The notes under the pieces are model-generated. The model did not search any database. It worked only from the letters and a program-made list of their open reading frames with translations, and was not told the origin of the DNA. Below are positions 9,279 to 17,231 of a stretch of DNA of 64,000 bases, one piece after another. Both the position numbers and the translations under genes were made by a program. Origin of the DNA: a bacterium (GTDB lineage: Bacteria > Gemmatimonadota > Gemmatimonadetes > Longimicrobiales > RSA9); NCBI GenBank assembly GCA_003242735.2, contig QGVH02000009.1, positions 7,660-71,659 on the forward strand, read 5' to 3'. Positions within the stretch are counted from its first letter, which is position 1; each line of letters begins with the position of its first letter.

Positions 9279-9686
9279 TCAGACCTGCGGGCCGTTGACC
9301 ATCCACGGCACGCCGAACCGGTCCACCAGCATGCCGAACCGCTGTGCCCAGAAGGACGGCTGGAGCGGCATCGTGACCTGGCCACCCTCGGCGAGGGCGT
9401 TGAAGACGCGCTCCGCCTCCTCGACGCTGTCCACCTGAACGTTGGCGCAGAAGCCCGCGGGCCTGGCGTAGAGGCCGGGCGGAGCATCGCCGCCCATGAT
9501 GGCGCCGCCGTCCACGGCGAGATACGCGTGGAGCACCCGGTCCTGCCAGTCGGGCCCGACCTGGTCCGCCATGGGAGAGTCGGCGAAGGTCATCAGCGTC
9601 TCGAGCTTGCCGCCCAGTGCCTTCTCGTAGAAGCGGAACGCCTCCGCGCAGTCGCCGTCGAAGCTGAGGTAGGTGAAGAGCTTCAT
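9279..9686 (-). CDS. VOC (glyoxalase/PhnB-like) family protein
   Basis: The 135-aa product begins MKLFTYLSFDGDCAEAFRFYEKALGG and ends FWAQRFGMLVDRFGVPWMVN, a typical PhnB/YjdN-like pattern. A GGAAGGAG SD lies upstream. Confidence 0.85.
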   Translation of the reverse strand: MKLFTYLSFDGDCAEAFRFYEKALGGKLETLMTFADSPMADQVGPDWQDRVLHAYLAVDGGAIMGGDAPPGLYARPAGFCANVQVDSVEEAERVFNALAEGGQVTMPLQPSFWAQRFGMLVDRFGVPWMVNGPQV

Positions 9687-9735
9687 CGTTCGCTCCTTCC
9701 AGGGGTGAGAAGTGGGTGGGTGTGCGGCCCGCGGC

Positions 9736-10158
9736 TCACGGGCGCTGCCGTGCGGCCGTCTGCTCGCGCAGACGCGCCTCGCGCTCCCGGATCCCGGCCG
9801 TGGCTGCCTCGCCGAAGTCCTCGATCTCGAACACCTGCCGGATCTCGATCTCGCCGTCGCGGAAGGGGACGCGCTTGACCCACTCGATCGCCTCTTCCAT
9901 GGACCTGGTTTGGATGAGCCAGAACCCGGCGATCAGCTCGTTCGACTCGGAGAACGGACCGTCGATGACCGTCCGGTCCTGGCCATCGAACCGCACCCGC
10001 GCGCCCCGGGAGCTGGGGTGCAGGCCCTCACCCGCGAGCAGCACGCCGGCCCGGACCAGCTCCTCGTTGTAGCGGCCCATCGCTTCGAGCTGTTCGGTGG
10101 TCGGCATGACGCCGGCCTCGGTCTCCTCGTTCGCCTTGACCAGGAGCATGAAACGCAT
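9736..10158 (-). CDS. YCII-related domain protein
   Basis: The start is ATG 10158 with a GGGAGG SD. The product begins MRFMLLVKANEETEAGVMPT and continues IDGPFSESNELIAGFWLIQTRSMEEAIEWVKRVP. The upstream 49 codons of the track ORF were discarded. Confidence 0.85.
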   Translation of the reverse strand: MRFMLLVKANEETEAGVMPTTEQLEAMGRYNEELVRAGVLLAGEGLHPSSRGARVRFDGQDRTVIDGPFSESNELIAGFWLIQTRSMEEAIEWVKRVPFRDGEIEIRQVFEIEDFGEAATAGIREREARLREQTAARQRP

Positions 10159-10244
10159 GGTCGTACCTCCCTCTGGTGGTCTCGTGGGGCGGAGCCCGGC
10201 CGGCTTCTCGCACGGGCCGTGGAACCGTGGCCGCCCGATGGTGC

Positions 10245-10271
10245 GACGAACGGGAGGCGGCCGGATCGACA
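10245..10271 (-). promoter_or_regulatory. Candidate ECF-type promoter (TGTCGA-N17-CGTC) upstream of the YCII-VOC operon
   Basis: On the minus strand, TGTCGA lies at 10271-10266 and CGTC at 10248-10245, about 87 nt upstream of ATG 10158. This resembles the promoter motif I recall for ECF42-group sigma factors. Confidence 0.35.
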
Positions 10272-10440
10272 AGCCGCACCGGCGGGTGGCGCCGTGGGGC
10301 CGCAACGGCAGGCGCGGGGCGGGGCGCGGCCTCGAGCCGTTGCAGCAGGAGCAGCGCCGCGAGAGCGCCGCAAGGACGCGAAAGGGCCGCCGGGACCTGC
10401 CCGGCGGCCCTCCGCTCCGCTCACTCGGCGCCGTTCGCCG

Positions 10441-11094
10441 TCAGAACGACAGCCGCAGCCCCGCGCTCAGCGCGACGTTGTGCATGCGGTCGCCGTCGAT
10501 GGGGAGGAAGGCGGCCTCCTCGACGTCGAACTCGCCCATGTAGTCCTTGGCCATGAGGCGCAGGCCCACGTTGGACGAGAACGCGATGTCGAGCCCGGCG
10601 CCGACGTTGAACATGAAATCGTCGGCGGAGGTGCTCACGCCCTGGACGTCGAGTTTGCGGTGGACGCCGCCGGCGCCGACCTGGATGAACGGCCGCGCGA
10701 CGCCCGGCAGCGGCAGCGCGACCTCCACGCCGCCGTCGTACAGCCACGTGGTGCTCTCGCCGAAGTTCACGCCGCCCACGACCGGCGCGCTCGCGCGCAG
10801 GTCCGCGGTCGAGTAGGCGCCGTTCGCGAACAGGGACACGCCGAAGGCGAGCGGGAAGCTGACCTGCGCGCCGAAGACCGGCGCGTTGGCGGGGCCGACG
10901 GCCGTGCCGAACGGGCCCCGGAGCAGGTCATCGGAGATCAGGACGCCAGCGTAGGGCGCGATCTCGACGGCGGGCGCGGGCGCCGGGGCCGCGCGTGGCG
11001 ACCACTGTGCGGCGGCGGGCGCCGCGAACGCGAGCATCAGGAGCGGAAGCACGACCAGCGTGCGGACATCGCTTCGGACAACAAGTCTGGCCAT
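10441..11094 (-). CDS. Outer-membrane beta-barrel (OmpW/porin-like) protein
   Basis: The start is ATG 11094. The signal peptide is [30 protein letters not shown]. The sequence has alternating beta-strand patterns and ends in ...LSAGLRLSF (terminal Phe). Confidence 0.75.
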   Translation of the reverse strand: MARLVVRSDVRTLVVLPLLMLAFAAPAAAQWSPRAAPAPAPAVEIAPYAGVLISDDLLRGPFGTAVGPANAPVFGAQVSFPLAFGVSLFANGAYSTADLRASAPVVGGVNFGESTTWLYDGGVEVALPLPGVARPFIQVGAGGVHRKLDVQGVSTSADDFMFNVGAGLDIAFSSNVGLRLMAKDYMGEFDVEEAAFLPIDGDRMHNVALSAGLRLSF

Positions 11095-11276
11095 GGGACC
11101 TCCCGGAACGGACGACAGGTCTGCGCCGCGCGGAGAGGCACGGGTGGTGCCAGCCGCGGCCCGGGCCGGAAACCGAGGCACGGAGCGGTTTTTCCGAGGA
11201 ATGCGGCTGCCGGCGCAGCCGCCGACTGTCACCGCAAAGGGACGTTCGCCCGTCTATCTTTCGCGCCGCCGCGAGG

Positions 11277-11306
11277 TTGACAGGCAGCGTGGCCGCGCCG
11301 TACCGT
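11277..11306 (+). promoter_or_regulatory. Candidate sigma70-type promoter of nadA
   Basis: TTGACA (11277-11282), an 18-nt spacer, then TACCGT (11301-11306). Confidence 0.3.
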
Positions 11307-11317
11307 CCACAACCGGC

Positions 11318-11348
11318 GACGGCCGGAACTCGGGCCGTCTTTGTGTTT
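11318..11348 (+). terminator. Intrinsic-terminator-like hairpin plus U tract inside the nadA 5' leader (attenuator candidate)
   Basis: GACGGCC (11318-11324) pairs with GGCCGTC (11333-11339) around an 8-nt loop, followed directly by TTTGTGTTT (11340-11348). It lies 38 nt before the nadA ATG, and no plus-strand gene lies upstream. Confidence 0.4.
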
Positions 11349-11386
11349 CATCCGCCAGTCTTGCCCATGCCGTGCAGGAGTGCTGC

Positions 11387-12517
11387 ATGACCTCTTCCGT
11401 GCATCACGCCTCGGCCGCCGGCGCCGCGACGCGCGACGCCGCACTCGCCTATACGCCCGAGGTCGCTGAAGCGACCGCGCCGATCTACGAGCGGGTGCGC
11501 CATGTGATCCCCGAAGTCGAGTGGCCGGTGCACGCACCCTACATCCACGAGATCAACCGGCTCAAACGCGAGCGCAACGCCGTCATCCTGGCGCACAACT
11601 ACCAGACGCCCGAGATCTTCCACGGGATCGCCGACATCAAGGGCGACTCCCTGGAACTCGCGCGGGCCGCGGCCCGGACGGATGCGGATGTGATCGTGCT
11701 TTGCGGCGTGCACTTCATGGCGGAGACCGCCAAGCTCCTCAACCCGGAGAAGACGGTCCTCATCCCGGACCTCGGGGCGGGCTGCTCGCTGGCCGACGCG
11801 ATCACGGCGGAGGACGTCCGCGCGTTGCGGGAGCGTTACCCGGGCGTACCCGTGGTCACGTACGTCAACACGTCCGCCGCGGTGAAGGCCGAGTCGGACA
11901 TCTGCTGCACCTCCGGCAACGCGGTGGAGGTGGTCCGTTCGCTCGGCGCCGAGCGCATCATCTTCCTTCCGGACGAGTACCTGGGTCGGCACGTCGCGGC
12001 GCAGACGGGCGTCGAGGTGATCCTGTGGCAGGGCCACTGCGTGGTGCACGAGCGGTTCACGGCCGCGGAGCTGCGCTCCTTCCGCCAGGCGTATCCCGGC
12101 CTGCGGATCCTCGCCCACCCCGAGTGCCCGCCGGACGTGCTGGCCGAGGCGGACTACGTCGGCTCGACGGCGGGGATGATCCGGCACGTGGGCGAGACCC
12201 GGCCCGCGCGGGTCATGCTGGTGACGGAGTGCTCGATGAGCGACAACGTCGCGGTCGCGTACCCGGAGATCGAGTTCGTGCGGCCGTGCAACCTCTGTCC
12301 CCACATGAAGCGCATTACGCTCGCCGGCGTGCTCGAGTCGCTGCGCACCCTGACGCATCGGGTCGAGATCCCGGAGGACGTGGCGGCACGGGCGCGGGTG
12401 GCCGTCGAGCGCATGCTCGAGGTCGGACGCGGGAAGGGGGCGCACGGCGGGAACGGCGCGCGGGCCGCGGCGGGCGCCGGCGCTCGGGGGCCGCGGTCCG
12501 CCCTGGCCGCGGACTGA
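11387..12517 (+). CDS. nadA: Quinolinate synthase A
   Basis: The start is ATG 11387 with an AGGAG SD. Matching segments include [53 protein letters not shown] and MLVTECSM. Confidence 0.95.
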   Translation: MTSSVHHASAAGAATRDAALAYTPEVAEATAPIYERVRHVIPEVEWPVHAPYIHEINRLKRERNAVILAHNYQTPEIFHGIADIKGDSLELARAAARTDADVIVLCGVHFMAETAKLLNPEKTVLIPDLGAGCSLADAITAEDVRALRERYPGVPVVTYVNTSAAVKAESDICCTSGNAVEVVRSLGAERIIFLPDEYLGRHVAAQTGVEVILWQGHCVVHERFTAAELRSFRQAYPGLRILAHPECPPDVLAEADYVGSTAGMIRHVGETRPARVMLVTECSMSDNVAVAYPEIEFVRPCNLCPHMKRITLAGVLESLRTLTHRVEIPEDVAARARVAVERMLEVGRGKGAHGGNGARAAAGAGARGPRSALAAD

Positions 12518-12552
12518 GCCGGTCGCCACCGAAACGGACCGGGTCGGGACTC

Positions 12553-13413
12553 ATGCCTGGACTGCTGCCGCCCCTGCCGCCGCTGCTCTACGAGCCGCTG
12601 GTCCGCCGCGCGTTGCGCGAGGACCTCGGGCGCACAGGCGATCTCACCACCGACGCCGTCGTGCCGCCGGACGCCCGCGTCTCCGCCAGGATCGTCGCGC
12701 GCGCGGCCGGCCGCGTCGCGGGGCTGGACGTGGCCGCCGCCGCGTTCCGGCTGCTGGATCCCGCCGTGGAGGTGGAGGCGCACGCGCGGGATGGGGACGA
12801 CGTCGTCGCAGGGACGACGCTCGCGCGCGTCACGGGCCCGGCGCGTGCGATCCTCACCGCGGAGCGGGTCTCGCTCAACTTCCTCGGCCGGCTGAGCGGG
12901 ATCGCGACGGCGACGCGCGAGGCCGTGGCCGCGGCCGAGCCCTACGGCGCGCGCATCGTGTGCACGCGCAAGACGACGCCCGGGCTGCGGGCGCTCGAGA
13001 AATACGCCGTTCGTGCGGGCGGTGGGCGCAACCACCGCTTCGGCCTGGATGACGGCATCCTGATCAAGGACAACCACCGCGTACTCGCGGGGGGACTCGC
13101 CGCCGCGGTCGAGCGCGCCAGGGCCGCTGCGGGTCACATGGTCCGCATCGAGGTCGAGGTCGATTCCCTCGAGGAACTGGACGAGGCGCTCGCCCTGGGC
13201 GTGGACGCCGTGCTGCTCGACAACTTCGGGCTGGATGCGTTGCGGCAGGCGGTGCGGCGGGCGAAGGGCCGGGCGGTGACGGAGGCGTCCGGCGGCATCG
13301 CACCGGGCGACGTCGCGGCCGTCGCCGCCACCGGCGTAGACCTCATCTCGCTGGGCTGGCTCACGCACAGCGCGCCGGCGCTGGACGTGGCGCTGGACGT
13401 GGAGGCGGGCTGA
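12553..13413 (+). CDS. nadC: Nicotinate-nucleotide pyrophosphorylase (carboxylating)
   Basis: The start is ATG 12553. Matching segments include RALREDLGRTGDLTT, AERVSLNFLGRLSGIAT, TRKTTPGLRALEKYAVRAGGGRNHRFGLDD, ILIKDNH and ASGGI. Confidence 0.95.
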   Translation: MPGLLPPLPPLLYEPLVRRALREDLGRTGDLTTDAVVPPDARVSARIVARAAGRVAGLDVAAAAFRLLDPAVEVEAHARDGDDVVAGTTLARVTGPARAILTAERVSLNFLGRLSGIATATREAVAAAEPYGARIVCTRKTTPGLRALEKYAVRAGGGRNHRFGLDDGILIKDNHRVLAGGLAAAVERARAAAGHMVRIEVEVDSLEELDEALALGVDAVLLDNFGLDALRQAVRRAKGRAVTEASGGIAPGDVAAVAATGVDLISLGWLTHSAPALDVALDVEAG

Positions 13414-13487
13414 GGGAGACGGCCGGCGCTGGATCGCGCGAAGCGACCCTCCGCGCCCCCGCCCCCGCCCAGCTCTCTCACGCGATC

Positions 13488-14684
13488 CTACCGCTCGCTC
13501 GTCATGATGAACAGCGGCCGGCCCTGGAAGGTCTCGTACTTCGGCCGCAGGCGGTCGATGTTGTAGTACTCCTCGACGTTGACCACCTTCTTGTGCTCGG
13601 TCACGAGCGAGAGCGGCACGCTGCCGTAACGGCCATCGTTGATGGCGACCAGCAGGCCGGACTTGCCGGCGAGCACCAGGTCGAGCGCCAGGTTGCCGAA
13701 CGCCATCGGCACGATCGAGTCAATGGCGTCCGGGTCGCCGGAGCGCACCAGGTAGCCGAGCCGCTGGTTGACGACCTCGATGCGCTTGCCGTTGTTGTAC
13801 TGCGGCGAGAGCTCCTTCAGCAGCGCAGCGATGCGGTCCCCGATGCCGCCCAGCTTGCGGTGGCCGTACTGGTCCGTCTCCTCGCTCTCGAACATGTAGT
13901 CTTCCTGGTGCACGAGACGCGCCCCCTCCGAGACGAGGACGACCGCGTAGCGGCTCGGGTTGCGGTTGCGGTCGTACACGAGCAGCTCCGTCAGGCGCTC
14001 GATGTCGAACGGGTGCTCCGGGATCACGCACCGGTGAGCCGCGCCCGCCATGGTCGGCAGCAGGGCGGTGAAGCCGGCGTAGCGGCCGAAGACCTCGACC
14101 ACGAGGAACCGCTCGTGTGAGCCCGCGCTGGTCCGCAGTCGGTTGGTCAGCTCGATCGTGCGCGTCACGCACGTGCTGAACCCGATGCAGTAGTCCGTGC
14201 CGGGCACGTCGTTGTCCATGGTCTTTGGCACGGCGACGATGCGGACGCCCTCCTGGTGCAGCCGCTGGGCGTAGCTGAGCGTATCGTCCCCGCCGATCGG
14301 GATGAGCGTGTCGATGCCGAGCCACTCGAGGTTCTTCAGCACCTCGGGCGTGAGGTCGTTGACGTCGTCGTCGTACTTGTCCTTGAGGTGCTCGGGCACG
14401 GCCGAACGCGGGAGGAAGCTCGGGCGCGTGCGGGACGTGTGCAGGAACGTGCCGCCGGTGCGCGCCGCGCGGTTGACGACGTCCTCGGTCAACACCTGAA
14501 CGTTGTTGCTGTTGTCCGCGTCCGGGTCCCGCACGAGGTCGACCAGGCCGGCCCAGCCGCGCCGGATGCCCAGCACGCGATAGCCCTCGCGCAACGCGCG
14601 GATCGTGATGGCGCGGATCGCCGGATTCAGCCCCGGCACGTCGCCACCGCCCGTCAGGATCCCGATCGTGCCTTTCGTCGCCAT
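13488..14684 (-). CDS. pfp: 6-phosphofructokinase, probably pyrophosphate-dependent
   Basis: Matching segments are MATKGTIGILTGGGDVPGLN, IGGDDTLSYA and VPKTMDNDV. Asp in GGDD and Lys in PKTxDND are the residues classically associated with PPi rather than ATP use, so the PPi assignment is an inference. Confidence 0.88.
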   Translation of the reverse strand: MATKGTIGILTGGGDVPGLNPAIRAITIRALREGYRVLGIRRGWAGLVDLVRDPDADNSNNVQVLTEDVVNRAARTGGTFLHTSRTRPSFLPRSAVPEHLKDKYDDDVNDLTPEVLKNLEWLGIDTLIPIGGDDTLSYAQRLHQEGVRIVAVPKTMDNDVPGTDYCIGFSTCVTRTIELTNRLRTSAGSHERFLVVEVFGRYAGFTALLPTMAGAAHRCVIPEHPFDIERLTELLVYDRNRNPSRYAVVLVSEGARLVHQEDYMFESEETDQYGHRKLGGIGDRIAALLKELSPQYNNGKRIEVVNQRLGYLVRSGDPDAIDSIVPMAFGNLALDLVLAGKSGLLVAINDGRYGSVPLSLVTEHKKVVNVEEYYNIDRLRPKYETFQGRPLFIMTSER

Positions 14685-14975
14685 GCGTCTCCTTTGCTGC
14701 TCGTGTGGTGCACGTGGTCTATGTACGAATCGAGGCCGGAGCGGGATCGGTGGCCATGCCGGTCACGACCCGCTTGCGGCCGACGGAACCTGCTCGTTAT
14801 CCATCATACTACCGAAGCGCCGGGGTGGGGATCCGCGGCCGGCGGGGGCAGCGGGCGGTCGGGGGAGGCCAGGGGAGCGTCTCTCGGCCCGGGTGGGCCG
14901 GGGGAACAATTCCGCGCCGTCCGGCGGTATTCACGGATATCGCACGACACGGCGAGCGTCTTCCGGGAGGTCCTC

Positions 14976-15785
14976 ATGCTTCGCCTCCGTGTTCGCAGCG
15001 CCGTCCCGGCCGCCGTCCTCCTTGGCGGCCTGACCGTGGTTGCGCCGCCGCTCGAGGCGCATCCGGCCGCCGAACCCGACCCGCCGTCGGCACCTGCCCC
15101 GATGCTCCGCGCTCCGACGGGCCCGGACTTCCTCTTCGGCGCCCCGCACGGCTCGCTCTCGCTCCGCATCGGCCGGCTGTTCGCCCGCACGGAGGGCGGT
15201 GTCTTCGAGCGCACGTTCGCCAACCTCTCGGCGGAGCCGGACGACTTCGATGGGCTCACCCTCGGCGCGGACCTCGCGCTCCGCGTGGTCGACCGCGCGG
15301 ACCTGGTCGTCGGCGTGGGGTTCGCGCGAGCGACGGTCGACTCGGAGTTCAATGATTGGCTGGACGAGAACGGCCAGCCCATCCGCCAGACGACGCGGTT
15401 CCGCCAGATCCCGGTCACCCTCGGCGCCCGGCTGTACCTCACGCCCCGGGGCCGCGAGATCAGCCGGTTCGCGTGGGTCCCCGCGCGTACGACGTTCTAT
15501 GTCGGCGGCGGCGCCGGCCTGATCCACCACCTCTACGAGCAGGAAGGCGAGTTCGTCGACGAGACGTCTCTCGACATCTTCGCCGATCATCTGAGCTCGA
15601 GCGGCTGGTCGTCGCTGGTGTACGTCGGCGCCGGCGCCGAGCTGCGGGTGACGACGAGCGTCGCGCTCGTCGCGGATGTCCGCTACACGCGCGGCTCGGC
15701 CCGCGCCACCGGCGACTTCAGGGAATGGGAGGACATCGGCCTGGGCGGGCTCGCCACGTCGGTCGGCGTGGCCCTGACCTTCTGA
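14976..15785 (+). CDS. Outer-membrane beta-barrel protein (hypothetical)
   Basis: The start is ATG 14976 after GGGAGG. The signal peptide is MLRLRVRSAVPAAVLLGGLTVVAPPLEA. The C-terminus ...SVGVALTF is typical of a barrel. It forms an operon with the next gene (14-nt gap). Confidence 0.7.
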   Translation: MLRLRVRSAVPAAVLLGGLTVVAPPLEAHPAAEPDPPSAPAPMLRAPTGPDFLFGAPHGSLSLRIGRLFARTEGGVFERTFANLSAEPDDFDGLTLGADLALRVVDRADLVVGVGFARATVDSEFNDWLDENGQPIRQTTRFRQIPVTLGARLYLTPRGREISRFAWVPARTTFYVGGGAGLIHHLYEQEGEFVDETSLDIFADHLSSSGWSSLVYVGAGAELRVTTSVALVADVRYTRGSARATGDFREWEDIGLGGLATSVGVALTF

Positions 15786-15799
15786 CCGAGGAGGTCCGC

Positions 15800-17170
15800 A
15801 TGATGACGCAGCGTTCCGCCCGACTCCTCGCGCTCGCGTCCGTGCTCGCGTGCGTCGCCCCGCGCGCAGCCGGAGCGCAGGGCCTCACGGACACGCGCTG
15901 GGCGCCCTGGCTCGGTTGCTGGGCCCCGGTCGCCGTGCAGCCGACCCAGTCCACGGACGAGCCCACGGCGCTGCCGCCGGCGGCGGCGCCGGAGGCGACC
16001 GCGTTGCTGTGCGTCAGCCCCGCGCCGGATGGCGCAGGCGTCGTCGTGACGACGGTGCGCAAGGGCGAAGAGCTCGCGCAGCGCACCCTCGTCGCGGACG
16101 GCGTGGAGCGCGAGGTGGAGGTCGAGGGGTGCCGCGGCGTGGAGAGCGCGCGCTGGTCCCAGGACAACGGCCGTGTGTACTACCGGACCGCGTACACGTG
16201 CGAGGGCGGAATCGGGCGGCGCTCCTCGGGCGCGACGATGATGCTGTCGAACGGCCACTGGCTGGACGCCGAGCTCGTTCAGGCCGGCGACTCGCGCGAG
16301 CTGGAGGTGCGGCGCTATCGGGCGGCGACGGACGCCGAGTACCGGGCGCACGGCCTCGAGCCGCCCGCGGGCAACGCCCTGGCGCTCGAGACCGCGCGGA
16401 AGGCGGCAGCAGCCACGATCTCCATCAGCGACGTCATCGAGGCCGTGGAGGCGGTGGACGAGGAGGTCGTCCAGGCGGTGCTGGTGGATTACGGCCGCCG
16501 TTTCCCCGTCGATGCCGAGGCGCTGGTGCGCCTCGCGGATGCCGGCGTGTCCGGGGAGACCATCGATCTGATCATCGCGCTCTCGTACCCGGAGCGGTTC
16601 GTCGTGGACCGGGGCGCGCTCGCGGTGGCGTTCCGCCCGCCCGAGGCGCAGGCGGCCGCACCCGGCGTGCGCGCCGGTGACGCGTACGGCGACGCGGCGT
16701 GGAGCTACGGCTATCCGGGCTTCTGGTCCTCGTCACGGATCTGGCGCTTCGGCTACCCGTGGGGTTTCGACGACTACCGCTACGGGTATCCAGGCTTCGA
16801 TGGTCTGTACTACTGGCCGTACTCGCGGCGCTGGATCGACCCGGGCTACGGCGGGCCGATCATTGTCGTCGAGCGGAAGGAGGACGCGGGCGGCCGCGCG
16901 GTCGCCGGCGGCGGCTACACGCGCACCGACAAGACCAACTCGCGGGGCAAGGCCGTGCCCCGCGCCGGAGCCCCGCAGCCGGACATGGGCCGCAGCAGCG
17001 CCGTCGTGCCCGCCAGCGGCAGCCGGGCCACGAGCACCAGCGGCCGCGCCACCAGCAGCGGCGGCCGCGCTTCGAGCAACGGCGGCTACCGGGCGGGGGA
17101 CGACAGGGCCTCCACGGGTGACACCGGCACGCGGAAGGCGCAGCCGAGGTCGGCGGCCGGGTCGCAGTAG
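15800..17170 (+). CDS. Secreted hypothetical protein with an aromatic/Gly-rich block and a Ser/Gly/Arg-rich tail
   Basis: The start is ATG 15800 after GAGGAGG. The signal peptide is MMTQRSARLLALASVLACVAPRAAGAQG. The C-terminal part contains YGYPGFWSSSRIWRFGYPWGFDDYRYGYPGFDGLYYWPY and then a low-complexity tail. Confidence 0.7.
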   Translation: MMTQRSARLLALASVLACVAPRAAGAQGLTDTRWAPWLGCWAPVAVQPTQSTDEPTALPPAAAPEATALLCVSPAPDGAGVVVTTVRKGEELAQRTLVADGVEREVEVEGCRGVESARWSQDNGRVYYRTAYTCEGGIGRRSSGATMMLSNGHWLDAELVQAGDSRELEVRRYRAATDAEYRAHGLEPPAGNALALETARKAAAATISISDVIEAVEAVDEEVVQAVLVDYGRRFPVDAEALVRLADAGVSGETIDLIIALSYPERFVVDRGALAVAFRPPEAQAAAPGVRAGDAYGDAAWSYGYPGFWSSSRIWRFGYPWGFDDYRYGYPGFDGLYYWPYSRRWIDPGYGGPIIVVERKEDAGGRAVAGGGYTRTDKTNSRGKAVPRAGAPQPDMGRSSAVVPASGSRATSTSGRATSSGGRASSNGGYRAGDDRASTGDTGTRKAQPRSAAGSQ

Positions 17171-17199
17171 AGAAGGCCGCAGAGAGACAGATGGGCGGG

Positions 17200-17231
17200 G
17201 CCGGCTGCGGGCGCATCAAGCCGCGGCCGGC
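17200..17231. terminator. Stem-loop between convergent genes, overlapping the stop of the GHKL gene
   Basis: GCCGGCTGCGG (17200-17210) pairs with CCGCGGCCGGC (17221-17231), giving 11 bp with one mismatch and a 10-nt loop. Confidence 0.3.

Noticed and set aside
11095-11317. Calling the nadA leader an NAD+ (nadA-motif) riboswitch
   Set aside because: I could not reproduce the two-domain consensus from memory or see tandem similar domains. Only the terminator-like hairpin is directly supported.
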